Below the pieces are notes generated by a model. That model saw nothing but the letters and a program-made list of their open reading frames with translations. It did not search any database and was not told the origin of the DNA. From Candidatus Nomurabacteria bacterium (GTDB taxonomy: Bacteria; Patescibacteriota; Minisyncoccia; Phycocordibacterales; UBA2100), in assembly GCA_943356775.1 (NCBI GenBank), contig CALRFU010000003.1, forward strand, positions 22,308 to 86,307: a stretch of DNA of 64,000 nucleotides. The letters run 5' to 3'. Below, piece by piece: positions 47,886 to 58,837 of this stretch. Positions within the stretch are counted from its first letter, which is position 1, and each line of letters begins with the position of its first letter. The position numbers and the translations under genes are program-made.

Positions 47886-50129
47886 TTAGGAGCCGAGGGA
47901 TTGGAGGAAGACGGGATCGGTTTCGACGAGACCGGGAGATTTGAGCCTTAATTCTTGGACCATCTGGAGCGCTCTTGCGCGGTTGCCTGTGAGCAATTCC
48001 GCCTTGGCGAGGTCGTAGAGAGATGGGTAATCTGTCGGATTATCTGCGACGATGTCCGCGAGGAAGCGCCTTACGTTCTGCCAGTCTTCGACAGCAATGT
48101 AGTAGCGGAGGGCTTTGCGTGCGACATTGGTGCCGCCTCTATAAAACGGAAGTCCCTCATCCGCCCAATGCTTCGCTGATGCGCTATCCCCTAGTACCAT
48201 GTAGAGCGACGCGAGAATGAAACGGGGCTCGGCGAGATTCGGGACCCTTCTCGCATATTCTTCCAACATACCTATTGCTTCACGATAGTACTGATTCCTT
48301 TCAGCAGCCTGCGTCGCTTGGTCTCCTTTTTTCAGCGCGATATTTGCCAAAATATAATTTGCTTGCGCGCGCTTCGGAGAGAGCTCGACGGCGCGTGCGA
48401 GAACCGAACGTAAGAACGCTTCGTCGACAGGCACGCCATCAGGTGCTGAATCGAGTACGTGCGCGAGGTACGTCGCGGTGCGCGCATCGTATGGGTAACG
48501 CTCAAAATTTGCTGTGAGAGTTTCTAGCGCATAGCGATACGCATCAACACGCTCTTGCCCCGCAAGCATAGTCTGCTGATGATCCGTATACATTGAATAT
48601 GCTTGGTATCCGTATTCGATATCGGCGTAGGTGTGGAGAGAAAGACCCTTCTGAAATGAGGAAATTGCACGAGTGACATCGGTCACATGATAGGTGTATC
48701 CATCCGCCAGAAGTATGTTTGCGCGCAGCGGTTGAATGGCTACGGGATACAAGAGGATGAGTATCACAGTGGCGATGCCGTACGAGAGTATCTGGGGTGT
48801 CCGTAGGCGTAGTGCGGATGGAGCCTCTTTATGTAGACCATCTTGGGCGCTTGCGTACGCAAGCGCAGCGGACAGCGTCGCGAGCAAGAGCCACAGCGTC
48901 ATCGCGGTGTCGAAGACGAAGAAATTTTGTATCGCGTATGTGCCCGCAAGCAGCAATAGATAGACTCCGTATCGCTCCTTGCGGTGGAATAGGCGAATAC
49001 CGACATAGCCCAGCGCCGCAATCAGCGAGGCATAGAGAATCGTTCCCGATATCCCGAACTGCACGAAGTAGTCGAGAAATGCATTGTGCGTACGGTCAAA
49101 CCACTGCTCGAGAATGGCGCCGGGGTCGTACACTCTGTCGAATATCATTTCAATCTGCTCTGCACCGTAGCCCGTAAGCGGACTCTTCAGCGCCTCGGCA
49201 AACACGTGCTGCCAGATGAAAAGACGGCTTGAGACCGTAGCATCTGCGAGTGATATGGAAGCGACGCGGCGCACCGGCTCAAACGAGAAGCTGGCCAATT
49301 GTGCACGGAATGAGAAAAACAAGCCCGAAAAAACGAGAAGTCCCGCGAGACCAACTCGAGAGCCCGCCTTCATTCTTCCCTCCCCTTTCCACGCGAGGTA
49401 GAGGAGAGAGAGAAAGCCGACCGCAAGAAGCGCGAGTAAGGTACCGCGCGTAGCTGCAAGCACGATGGCGATGAATTGAAGCGCTGCTCCGCTGTAATAT
49501 GCCTTTTTCCAAAATCCCCGCGACTCGCTCGCGATTAGAAGTGTGCCCCACACGGCCATTCCGAGATATCCCGCCAAAAATGCAGCGTTGCCGAGTGTGC
49601 CGCCGACACGACCGCGAGCCTCTTCTATCAATGCGAAATTAATTCCCGAAACATCCGCGAGCCATTGAAGTATCACGTATGCGGATACGGCAGTTGCAAC
49701 CCATGCAACGGCCTTGAACAGCCGCGGCAAGAATTGGCGGTCGACAGAGAGTAGTGTGAGGTAGAAAAAGACGACTGCTGTCGTCAACGTGAGTAAACCG
49801 TCACCACGGTCATAGACGGACCAAAAGCTGTGATAGAAATCGTTGCCGAGAAGCGATGCCGCATATGCAACGGCGAGCAGCGCGGCAGGAATCCACGCGA
49901 GTCTTTGGCGCAATCTGCTCCAATAAAACTCCCGCCCCGAAAATGCGAGGTAACAAAACGCGGCAAGTACAATAATGCCGAGCGCACGGAAAAGCAGCGT
50001 CTTCGGTGCCACGAACGGATACAAAAGCCCGTCGATGTATATCAGGGGTATGAGTGCCGGGGCTAAGAGGAGCCAACGGAAAGATTGAGCAATATATTGC
50101 TTCATATGTCTCCGACCTCTCACTACCAC
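47886..50129 (-). CDS. O-antigen ligase/Wzy-like polytopic membrane protein with C-terminal TPR repeats
   Basis: About 12 TM helices with an O-antigen-ligase-like loop. C-terminal 280 aa with TPR-like helical repeats. Internal Met at 50105 is a possible start. Confidence 0.6.
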   Translation of the reverse strand: MVVRGRRHMKQYIAQSFRWLLLAPALIPLIYIDGLLYPFVAPKTLLFRALGIIVLAAFCYLAFSGREFYWSRLRQRLAWIPAALLAVAYAASLLGNDFYHSFWSVYDRGDGLLTLTTAVVFFYLTLLSVDRQFLPRLFKAVAWVATAVSAYVILQWLADVSGINFALIEEARGRVGGTLGNAAFLAGYLGMAVWGTLLIASESRGFWKKAYYSGAALQFIAIVLAATRGTLLALLAVGFLSLLYLAWKGEGRMKAGSRVGLAGLLVFSGLFFSFRAQLASFSFEPVRRVASISLADATVSSRLFIWQHVFAEALKSPLTGYGAEQIEMIFDRVYDPGAILEQWFDRTHNAFLDYFVQFGISGTILYASLIAALGYVGIRLFHRKERYGVYLLLLAGTYAIQNFFVFDTAMTLWLLLATLSAALAYASAQDGLHKEAPSALRLRTPQILSYGIATVILILLYPVAIQPLRANILLADGYTYHVTDVTRAISSFQKGLSLHTYADIEYGYQAYSMYTDHQQTMLAGQERVDAYRYALETLTANFERYPYDARTATYLAHVLDSAPDGVPVDEAFLRSVLARAVELSPKRAQANYILANIALKKGDQATQAAERNQYYREAIGMLEEYARRVPNLAEPRFILASLYMVLGDSASAKHWADEGLPFYRGGTNVARKALRYYIAVEDWQNVRRFLADIVADNPTDYPSLYDLAKAELLTGNRARALQMVQELRLKSPGLVETDPVFLQSLGS

Positions 50130-50824
50130 GTGGAGGCGCTCAAGTCGGCTTCTGCTTTCTTGATGGCATCTGTGTCTTCGGGCATGTGCGCTTGGAGGAA
50201 TTCAAGACGGGCTCGTAGGTATTGCGTTGTTGATTGCACTTGAATCATGCGGTCATAAGCTACGCGCGCGCTTTTGTAAGCGCCGAGCTTCTCCAATAAT
50301 TTGCCCATGTTGTGCCATGCGAGCCCGGTCTTCGTAGAATCAATCGCGAGTGCGTAGTTGAGGTATGTGTATTCTTGCTTCCCGTCACCCAAAAGTTCGT
50401 ATTGATTTGCGATGCTCACATAGAGTTCGTAGTTGGTGAATGTGCCTGAATTGAGCAATCCTTTCATGCGCTGTATTTCAGAAGTCGCACGAGCTTCGAA
50501 CTCTCCCCCATCATTGTACGTACCCACAAAATACCAAGAGATTGGTTCGTCTCCCGGCACGAGAGAAAATGCCGGTTTTGCCGCCGGAGACGGTGTCGGC
50601 TTTTGTGCGACAACAAGCGATGGTGATGTCGGCGTTGAAGCCGAAGATGTCGCGGCCTGCGGTGAGCTTGTCGAATCCGTAGATGTCGCAACTGTCTCTG
50701 TCGGGGCATCAGATGTTTTGCTTTTTTGTGTCCACCATATGCCAACCACAAGGGCGGCAAAGACTAAAGCCATCGCTGCGTACATTGCGTATTCTTTCTT
50801 CATATACGGAAGAGTGTACCCCAT
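50123..50824 (-). CDS. Membrane-anchored TPR-like protein
   Basis: N-terminal TM, Ser/Thr/Pro linker and a C-terminal helical repeat domain. Confidence 0.4.
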   Translation of the reverse strand: MGYTLPYMKKEYAMYAAMALVFAALVVGIWWTQKSKTSDAPTETVATSTDSTSSPQAATSSASTPTSPSLVVAQKPTPSPAAKPAFSLVPGDEPISWYFVGTYNDGGEFEARATSEIQRMKGLLNSGTFTNYELYVSIANQYELLGDGKQEYTYLNYALAIDSTKTGLAWHNMGKLLEKLGAYKSARVAYDRMIQVQSTTQYLRARLEFLQAHMPEDTDAIKKAEADLSASTW

Positions 50825-50904
50825 GAGATACCACCAGTCGAGTGAACGTTTTAGGCTTGATTTCTTATCTCACGGGGTAAACCCCCAAAATGTTGCAAAA
50901 CAAA

Positions 50905-50927
50905 AACCACCCCTTTCGGGGTGGTTT
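50905..50927 (-). terminator. Terminator hairpin (ACCACCCCGAAAGGGGTGGT + TTTTG on the minus strand) after the giant surface protein gene
   Basis: Hairpin plus T-tract on the minus strand. Confidence 0.5.
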
Positions 50928-50998
50928 CTGCTTTGCCGGATCGTTCTCTTCCGGCCAGAGGACTAGCAACGAGAGTTGCTTGTCAAACGACTTACTCG

Positions 50999-53900
50999 TT
51001 AGAAGGCAACTGATCTGTTGCCGACCGTGAGAGGAAGCGCCTTTACGAGGAAGTCACCCGTCCAGTCAGCTGTCGAAGCTCCCGTTGCACTCGAAGAGTG
51101 ATCGGAGAGGTCGGACCAGTCAGACCAAGCGAAGGACGCCGCGGTGCTTACACCTTGCGTACCAGCGGCTGCGCCGAAGATTGCCGTTGAAGAGGCAGTT
51201 GTCTGCGGATTAGCGATGGATGCGCTGATGTTGCTACCTGCTGCAAGACCACCAACAGTTCCACGAAGTTCGTATGTCCTCGTGGTTCCTGCCTCAACCG
51301 TCTCAACTGTCGTTGGGCGGAAGTGGATCAGACATGTCGTCTGGTTTAAACAGGCGTCGAGACCTCCCAAGAGAGAGCCGGATGTCGTCGCCATCGAACC
51401 AGCGATCTGATTCGCGCCACTCCATATTGCAAGAGTAGTCGTAGCGCCGGTAGTTACAGCTGCTGTCTTGTTGAGGGTGATGACGACAGAGCCCCAGTCG
51501 ATTTTGCCTGCAGAGTCAGCTGCGACCGAGAAGCGTCCGATGACCTGATCGGATCCTGCGGAGAGCGTCGTCGAATCAAGAGCGACTGCTCCGAGTACCG
51601 GCTTGGACTTGCGGACGTACATAGTACCTTTGCCGCTTACGCTTGCCGAGCTGAGGTTTGCGAAGGAAGCCATCGTTGTCGATGCTGTGCCTGAGCTATC
51701 CACTGCTTTGAAGCCAGTAATCCAGCTGAGTGATGCAGTGATTGCTGCACCCGATGTCGCACCGTTTGCAATCGTTGGAACGTTGACGTAGACATCAACT
51801 GTCTTCGTCTCGTTCATCGGAATACCGAATGTGAGACCGGTGAATGTCGCTGTCGAGTTTGCCTGCGTTCCAGAAGAGAGTGCGAGCGCCTGCGAGACGC
51901 CATCTGTATTGCCCGGCCACTTGAGAATGACGGACGAGACAGATGTCGCTGCGTTTGCCGGAATGGTGACCGCAAGCTCTTGAACCGTGAAGGCCGAGTT
52001 GATTGCTGTGAAGTTGAAGGAACCAACTTTGACGTTGTTTGAGCCTGCAACGACATTGACATTGTCAGGTGATGTTCCCGTCGACTGTGTGAGCGAGCCC
52101 GTACCGACGGTGATGGTCTGGAGAGTAACGGTGCTTCCGATTGTAACAGAGTTGCCCGTGTCCAATCCTGTACCACCTGACGTTGTGTCGAGGTCAGCTG
52201 CCCATGAACCAATGTTGGAACCGGACTTGATAGTACCGACGACGTCAATCGTCTTGGTCGAAGAGGTGGCGATGTTGATGTTGACTGAGAACGAGTTGGC
52301 AGTTGAAGGTGCAGCTTTTGCTGTACCAATCTGCGCGCCCGTTGCAGTGTCGACGAGGCGGAGGTCCGTGATGGATGCCGCTTCATCAGACGAGAGGTTC
52401 ACGAGAATCGTGTTCACATTTGTACCTTCCGTCGAGCCCGACGAGAGGGTGAATGCGCCGAGACGAGCGTTGCTCGTACCCGGGATTATCGTTTGGTTGC
52501 CGTAGCCCGAGAATTTCGTCGCCGTCAATGTGGCTGACGAAACAGTAAGGGTGTTACCCGAAACGTTCGCGCTCGGCACGTTCACAGCCGTGAGCGAGAT
52601 CTGGCCAAACGCATTGGAAGCGCCCGTCGAGAGCCGAACAACAACTGTGTCGCCAGTGGTGTAGGCAGCACCAGACGTTGACTTTGCGTCTGCATAGATG
52701 TCAACGATGTGTACTGCTCCCGCCTTCGCGATGAAGGAAGAACCGAACGTGAAGTTTACATCGGTAGCGTCGGTCAGGTCCTTGGTAGAACCAACCTGTA
52801 CGCCATCGACGAATACTTTACCATTGTCGAGACCGCGTGTGCCCGCAGATGCGGTTGCCATCACGTTGAGGGACTCGACTTTGACATCCTCGCCAGAAGC
52901 GCGGACTTCAAAGCTCGCGAACTTGACGTTGGAGCCACCGAGAGTGACGTTTGATGTAGGCGAGTTGTTCGCTTTCACGAGCGTAACTGCAGCAGCGCCG
53001 ATTGTCTGGACGCCTGATGTTCGAGCAGAGAAGGCGCTTCCGTTTGCTGTCGAGAGAATCGGCTGGTTGAGCTCTGTGTCGATGAAGCGAGCATCTGCTG
53101 CGCGACGAAGCGACAATTGAACCGTCAAGCTTGAACCACCGACGACGTCGGCGACGATCTTGATGACACGACCACCCGTTTCGAGACGCTTCGGTGTTGC
53201 TGAGAGATCCCATGCGACAGACGTTTCGCCTGCCGAGAGGTTTGCTACCGCACTTCCGACTTGAACACCGTCTACGTAGAGGCGAAGGTTCCTGATGTCG
53301 GTGACCGCGGTAGAACCGAGGTTACGAAGCTGGAACGAGTTCAAATTGACCGCGCGTGTGCCAATCGTCGCCGTGTTCTGCCAGAGAACGACGTCGCTAG
53401 CAGGCGTGAGATTGGTGTTGGTAGAAGGAAGTGTCGTTGCACCGAAGTCAACCGTCGCGAGAGTCGCCGAAGAAATCAAGAGCGCTGAGCCCGTGATTGG
53501 GAGGACGACAGACGAGTCGAGAAGACCAGACGCGCTGACATTGGTGAGCTGGACGCCGACCTGTTGGCCGTTGGTCGAACCTGCGATGTCAGAGCGGACG
53601 GAAATCGTGACCGAACCACCGGCTGCCACTGTGAAGAGGCCAGTCGAGGCGTTGTAGTTGAAGGCAGTGTTGCTGACTCCTGCGGAATCAGTAATGCGTG
53701 TGTTGCCTTGGAAGAGGTAGACGTTGGCCAAGGTCGAATCAGACGACACGCCGATGCGCTTAAACGCAAGGTTGGTGACCGTGATTGGAGCAGCCGTCGG
53801 GTTCGAGAAGGTAAACTTCGCGATCTCGGCGATTGCCTGACCCTGGACGAGTGCACCGTACGTCGGGTTGTCCGAAGCGAGTGCGACCTTGAGGCCGTTA

Positions 53901-54403
53901 CCCGTTATCGGAGTTCCTGGTACGACTGAGCCCGGTGTGCCTGCGCACATCGAGTTCGCCTTTGCGCGAGTCATTGGACCCCAGATGCCGACCGACGAGA
54001 GGCCGTTGGCAGACTGGAACTTCGCGACTGCTGCCTTGGTCTTAGGACCGAAGGAAGACGATTCGTTGCCTGGAGAACCGGCACCTGTTGCTGACACTAC
54101 TGCTCCGTGACTGTTAAGGAATTTCTGCACCCACGCCACTTCACCACCAGTAGTACCTACGGTGATGTTCTGCGTGAAGGTGTAGCAGCCTGCGCCGGAG
54201 CTCGCCGAAGACGAGCCACCTTGCAATGCTGAGATTTGTGCGAGCAATGCCGTGATCTGTGCTTGGAGATCAGAGAGCGTGTCCGCCTTTGCCGGAGCGG
54301 CAAAAGAAAACGCGAATCCGAAGACCATAACAACAGCCAAGAGAATTGCCGCAACGTTTTTTGTTGCTAATGCTTTACTCATAGTTTGTTTTGAACTTTT
54401 CAT
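50999..54403 (-). CDS. Giant cell-surface protein: signal peptide, peptidoglycan-binding-like domain, then about 8 Ig-like/adhesin-type ~110-aa repeats
   Basis: MSKALATKNVAAILLAVVMVFGFAFSFAAPAKA signal peptide. GEVAWVQKFLNSHG...FGPKTKAAVAKFQSANGLSSVGIWGPMT resembles the PG_binding_1 fold. Repeated modules with (L/V)YVDGVQVGS... motifs. Thr/Ser/Gly/Asn-rich, 1134 aa. Confidence 0.6.
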   Translation of the reverse strand: MKSSKQTMSKALATKNVAAILLAVVMVFGFAFSFAAPAKADTLSDLQAQITALLAQISALQGGSSSASSGAGCYTFTQNITVGTTGGEVAWVQKFLNSHGAVVSATGAGSPGNESSSFGPKTKAAVAKFQSANGLSSVGIWGPMTRAKANSMCAGTPGSVVPGTPITGNGLKVALASDNPTYGALVQGQAIAEIAKFTFSNPTAAPITVTNLAFKRIGVSSDSTLANVYLFQGNTRITDSAGVSNTAFNYNASTGLFTVAAGGSVTISVRSDIAGSTNGQQVGVQLTNVSASGLLDSSVVLPITGSALLISSATLATVDFGATTLPSTNTNLTPASDVVLWQNTATIGTRAVNLNSFQLRNLGSTAVTDIRNLRLYVDGVQVGSAVANLSAGETSVAWDLSATPKRLETGGRVIKIVADVVGGSSLTVQLSLRRAADARFIDTELNQPILSTANGSAFSARTSGVQTIGAAAVTLVKANNSPTSNVTLGGSNVKFASFEVRASGEDVKVESLNVMATASAGTRGLDNGKVFVDGVQVGSTKDLTDATDVNFTFGSSFIAKAGAVHIVDIYADAKSTSGAAYTTGDTVVVRLSTGASNAFGQISLTAVNVPSANVSGNTLTVSSATLTATKFSGYGNQTIIPGTSNARLGAFTLSSGSTEGTNVNTILVNLSSDEAASITDLRLVDTATGAQIGTAKAAPSTANSFSVNINIATSSTKTIDVVGTIKSGSNIGSWAADLDTTSGGTGLDTGNSVTIGSTVTLQTITVGTGSLTQSTGTSPDNVNVVAGSNNVKVGSFNFTAINSAFTVQELAVTIPANAATSVSSVILKWPGNTDGVSQALALSSGTQANSTATFTGLTFGIPMNETKTVDVYVNVPTIANGATSGAAITASLSWITGFKAVDSSGTASTTMASFANLSSASVSGKGTMYVRKSKPVLGAVALDSTTLSAGSDQVIGRFSVAADSAGKIDWGSVVITLNKTAAVTTGATTTLAIWSGANQIAGSMATTSGSLLGGLDACLNQTTCLIHFRPTTVETVEAGTTRTYELRGTVGGLAAGSNISASIANPQTTASSTAIFGAAAGTQGVSTAASFAWSDWSDLSDHSSSATGASTADWTGDFLVKALPLTVGNRSVAF

Positions 54404-55092
54404 CCAACTCATTTTTTGAAAATGATTTGAACCGCACACTCCACCCTTTCGACGAGGAGTCGTGTACGTTTGTGTGCCTTCTGCTAAATAATGTCCAACT
54501 ATCTAACTGCGACTAATAACTGAAGACAACTAATAATTTGGCTCGTCCTTACCGGCTTGGTAAAGCTGAGGCCACAAACTTTGCTAGCCCGCGCATTTTG
54601 ATGCACGAGGTTAGCAGCGAGGAATGAATGGGAGTTGCAGACATGCGACCGTAACCGGACGAACAGAAATTCAGGAACGCTTCTTTTTTAAAGAAGCGAG
54701 CGACTACACAAATTAAACTTTTGTAGTCTTTGTTTTTTCTCTATTCAAATGTCAACGAACTACACAGAAGGCACCCGCCCTCATGCGTACACACGACATC
54801 CCAAAAGAGATATCGTTGCACAATTATATACTAGGGACCTCGCAGCACATAAATGCAGCGCTCCCCCATTTGTGGATAACTTGTGAGCTACAAAAGGCCT
54901 TCGCCACGCGGCGGATGAGTCATTTGTAAGCCAGTCGTTATCGCGAACCACAATACCCTAGTGCGTAGGGGGAGTCAATTGATATAGACGCCTTGTATCC
55001 GGAAATCTTTCAGAATCCATCACGGTCGATTCATCATATAGATGGTAGCCTCGGCACGCCTTATCCTCGGCAGGGAATACGCCCCAAAATGG

Positions 55093-55851
55093 CTACCTCC
55101 CGACAGAGTAGCGACTCCAGCGCTTAAGCCCCGTCTTTTGGACGCGGCCCGCCTCTATCAAGTCAACCAGGTGGCGCTGAATCATCTTCTCACTGTATTC
55201 AGGGAGATTCGCGGCAATATCACGAATGCCGAGCTCTCCCCCGGAACGAAGCACGGCGATAATACCATCCTCTCGGACATGCAGTCCCTTTTTAAGTGAC
55301 GCGATATCAGACATCACATTCATGTCCTTTACAATATCTCTGTCCTTTATCATGTGCGTGTCCTTTACATGTCCCTCACGGATATCCGTGAGACTTTCCT
55401 GAGATAATGGAAACGTATCGGACAACGGTGAATTCTGTGAAGCATTCAAAAAAGCACCGAGGTCATCCAAGCCCTCAATCATGATGTTTGCGTTCTGTAT
55501 CGATAGGAATCCTGCAACAGAAAGCGTCCGCACAAGAGATATCTGGTGCCGGATTGATGCTCGAGATGCAATAACGTTCTGCGAATCGGTCCTCATCTCA
55601 TTTCTGAGAGCGAGAAAATTTTCGAGCATGAGCAGCGCCCCTGTACGCACAGAAATTTTGATAGGTTCGCCCTGCTGAATATGGTTCGTCACCAAATAGA
55701 GAGCGGCGACCAGACGCTCTGCGCGACGGTATGCCCGGTCAGCAGATTGGTTACCGCCAAATGGATTCGTACGGATCGTCTGCTTATCGAAAAAACGGAC
55801 CAGGGGGTTTGATTTCTGTGTCTCTCTCAGTATGTCTTTTCTTTCGTCCAT
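55093..55851 (-). CDS. Hypothetical protein with C-terminal winged-helix DNA-binding domain
   Basis: C-terminus GELGIRDIAANLPEYSEKMIQRHLVDLIEAGRVQKTGLKRWSRYSV is wHTH-like. Central KD-rich repeats. Confidence 0.4.
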   Translation of the reverse strand: MDERKDILRETQKSNPLVRFFDKQTIRTNPFGGNQSADRAYRRAERLVAALYLVTNHIQQGEPIKISVRTGALLMLENFLALRNEMRTDSQNVIASRASIRHQISLVRTLSVAGFLSIQNANIMIEGLDDLGAFLNASQNSPLSDTFPLSQESLTDIREGHVKDTHMIKDRDIVKDMNVMSDIASLKKGLHVREDGIIAVLRSGGELGIRDIAANLPEYSEKMIQRHLVDLIEAGRVQKTGLKRWSRYSVGR

Positions 55852-56106
55852 TATATGTCCTTAGTATGTACTATATGCGTAAAGTACACCCTGACGTCCG
55901 TGAGTATATAAAGGACATGATTGATGCGCAATCCCCCACTCACGAAAGATTGGAGCACGTCATCTGGTCGGCGGGTACTCCCGCCGACACCTTCGGCGCT
56001 CACGTGCCTGCGGCCTGCGAAGACCGCACAGAGGACCGCCCCTCGCTCCGGTTAAACGTTTTCAAACATGCCCTAAGCGGTGAATGAGGGATGATATGAT
56101 GTCTCC

Positions 56107-58356
56107 ATGAAAGCAAAGCGGAAACGCAGTAAAGAAAAAAATACCGACAAAGATAAGGGGTTCGAGGATGTGGTCAGCTACGTAAGCACAGAAGCGGTGC
56201 GGGGTGTCTTTGCAATCTTTTGTATCGCCGTCGCAGGATTCCTCATCCTGGCACAGCTCGGCGGAGGTGGAGCTATCGGTGGCACACTCTATGAGTGGCT
56301 CTCCTGGCTCTTGGGCGTCGGATACCTCCTCCTCCCACTTTCGCTTGTACTCCTCGCCACACTTATCTTCCGTTCTTTTGAGAGAAATTTCGGATGGGTG
56401 CAGTTCACCGCGATGACGGTATTTTTACTCGCGGGGCTTGGTCTCATCAATCTCGCATTTGCGGGTCAGGGCGGCATCCTCGGCATCAGCATATCGAACC
56501 TCATCGTCTCTGGAGTCGATACGACCGCAACCGTTATCTTTCTCGTCGCCTTCATTATCGCGTCGCTCATCGTTGCGTTTGATATCCATCTCGGTGTCCT
56601 CGCGGCAAGTATTGTAAATCGCTTCCGTGCCAAAACTCCGGACGATGCAGAAAATGAGAACATCGACGTGCCGGTCACCGGACTCCCGGAAGAGACTCCG
56701 CAACCTGAAGAGCCCGAAGAAAACGAGGGGGAGTCTGAGACTCTCGAAAAGACACCAAAGGAGTCCGGTACCTCTCTGACAAAATTCTTCAAAGGCGGAG
56801 ATACTCCTGTGGATGGGTTCCCTATTATCGCGGCACTCGGAAGTGTCTACGTCCCTCCCCCGGTATCGATTCTCGCCAAGAATAAGGGTAAGCCCGAAGT
56901 TGGTGACGTGAAGGCAAATATGAACATCATCAAGCGCACTCTGCAAAACTTCGGCATTCAAGTAGAAATGGATGAAGCTGCTATCGGACCGACGGTGACA
57001 CGGTACTCGATGAAGCCTGCCGAGGGCGTCCGCCTCTCCAAAATCATCGCTCTGCAGAGTAATCTCGAGCTCGCACTCGCCGCATCCCCCGTCCGCATTG
57101 AGGCGCCGATTCCGGGCAAATCGCTCGTCGGCATTGAGGTCCCGAATATCGCGCGTACGACTCTCGGATTGGCACCGCTTGTCTCAGACGAGGCGTATGT
57201 CCAATCTGACAAACCGCTTTTGATAGCGCTCGGCCGCTCTATCACCGGGTCGGCTCATTTCGCAGACCTCGCTCGCATGCCGCACCTCCTCGTCGCCGGC
57301 ACAACCGGCGCGGGGAAATCCGTCGCCATACACGACTTCATCGTATCGCTCCTCTATCGCTGTGGGCCGGAGCGTTTGCGCTTCATCATGGTGGACCCAA
57401 AGCGCGTCGAACTAACTGTCTACAATTCCATCCCCCATTTGCTCACCCCCGTCATTACCGACGCAAAGAAGGCCATCCTTGCACTCAAATGGCTCGCAAA
57501 AGAAATGGAACGCCGGTACAACATCCTGGAGAGCGAGGCCGTCCGCGACATTGCTTCGTATCATACGAATGTCGTGGCGCCCGCACTTGAAAAGGCCGCC
57601 AAGAAAGAAAGCGACAAGCCGCTGCCCGAGGCTATGCCGTACATCGTGCTCATCATCGATGAATTGGCCGATATCATGACTTCATACCCTCGCGAGCTGG
57701 AGAGCGGCATCGTACGCTTGGCACAGATGAGTCGCGCGGTGGGAATTCACTTGCTCCTCTCGACCCAGCGGCCGAGCGTAAAAGTCATCACGGGACTCAT
57801 CAAGGCCAACATCCCTGCGCGCGTCGCGATGCAAGTATCATCACAAATTGATTCGCGAACCATTCTCGATACAGGTGGGGCAGAAAAACTCCTCGGCGCA
57901 GGAGACATGCTCTTCCTTTCGGGAGAAATGTCGAAACCGCGCCGCATCCAAGCACCGTTCATATCGGAAGATGAGGTTAAGAAGGTAGTCGCACACATAT
58001 TGAAGACAAGCGAGGGAACGCTTCCAAGTGAAATTGACCTTACCGACTCACGGGCAGGACAAGGGCCTGACCCAATATTTACCTCCTCATTCGGAGAAGA
58101 CAGCGACGATGAAGACGACGAACTGTACGCTGAAGCGAAGCGCACTGTGATAGAAGCAGGTAAAGCCTCCACATCATACCTGCAGCGCAAGCTTGGTGTC
58201 GGCTACGCACGGGCGGCACGGCTCATGGATATCCTCGAAGAGCGCGGCGTGATTGGTGCCGCAGATGGTGCAAAGCCGCGCGGCATCATCGGAGAAGGAA
58301 ACGCGGACGAATTGGCGGCTGAACCCGCTGACGAGGCAGAGGAAGACCGCGCATAG
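56107..58356 (+). CDS. ftsK: DNA translocase FtsK/SpoIIIE
   Basis: N-terminal TM helices. LVAGTTGAGKSVAIHDFIVSLLY Walker A. FtsK alpha/beta/gamma (wHTH) domains present. Confidence 0.85.
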   Translation: MKAKRKRSKEKNTDKDKGFEDVVSYVSTEAVRGVFAIFCIAVAGFLILAQLGGGGAIGGTLYEWLSWLLGVGYLLLPLSLVLLATLIFRSFERNFGWVQFTAMTVFLLAGLGLINLAFAGQGGILGISISNLIVSGVDTTATVIFLVAFIIASLIVAFDIHLGVLAASIVNRFRAKTPDDAENENIDVPVTGLPEETPQPEEPEENEGESETLEKTPKESGTSLTKFFKGGDTPVDGFPIIAALGSVYVPPPVSILAKNKGKPEVGDVKANMNIIKRTLQNFGIQVEMDEAAIGPTVTRYSMKPAEGVRLSKIIALQSNLELALAASPVRIEAPIPGKSLVGIEVPNIARTTLGLAPLVSDEAYVQSDKPLLIALGRSITGSAHFADLARMPHLLVAGTTGAGKSVAIHDFIVSLLYRCGPERLRFIMVDPKRVELTVYNSIPHLLTPVITDAKKAILALKWLAKEMERRYNILESEAVRDIASYHTNVVAPALEKAAKKESDKPLPEAMPYIVLIIDELADIMTSYPRELESGIVRLAQMSRAVGIHLLLSTQRPSVKVITGLIKANIPARVAMQVSSQIDSRTILDTGGAEKLLGAGDMLFLSGEMSKPRRIQAPFISEDEVKKVVAHILKTSEGTLPSEIDLTDSRAGQGPDPIFTSSFGEDSDDEDDELYAEAKRTVIEAGKASTSYLQRKLGVGYARAARLMDILEERGVIGAADGAKPRGIIGEGNADELAAEPADEAEEDRA

Positions 58357-58359
58357 CAT

Positions 58360-58812
58360 ATGTTGCCGTACCGAGATAGCAGATTGACGTATATTGCACT
58401 CGGTATTTTTTTTCTCATTGTCCTCGGCTACGCCTACTACGAAGCGCGGGGCTTATTGTTCGGCCCTTCCATTACCGTAAGCTCAGAAATGACAGAGTCG
58501 CGTGAGTCTTTTGTCACGATACAGGGGCACGCTGACCGCATCTCCTCACTTTCAATGAACGGCAAGAGTATTCCCGTCACCGAGAACGGCGCTTTCGAGG
58601 AGCCGTACCTGCTCTCGCCCGGGTACAACCGCATCATCCTCGACGCGACCGATAAATACGGGCGTACACGGAGGCAAGCTATCGAGATTGTCTATACCCC
58701 CTCCTCGGATTCGACCCATTCGAATGACTCAGGGCAGGCAAGCTCACCGCAAGCCACAACGACAAGCCCCGTTTCGTCTTCCACACCCTCAGTAGCGCCT
58801 CTACAACAGTAG
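58360..58812 (+). CDS. Hypothetical membrane-anchored protein
   Basis: N-terminal TM helix. Ser/Thr-rich C-terminus. Confidence 0.4.
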   Translation: MLPYRDSRLTYIALGIFFLIVLGYAYYEARGLLFGPSITVSSEMTESRESFVTIQGHADRISSLSMNGKSIPVTENGAFEEPYLLSPGYNRIILDATDKYGRTRRQAIEIVYTPSSDSTHSNDSGQASSPQATTTSPVSSSTPSVAPLQQ

Positions 58813-58837
58813 GATATACTGCTCTGAACAATATACT

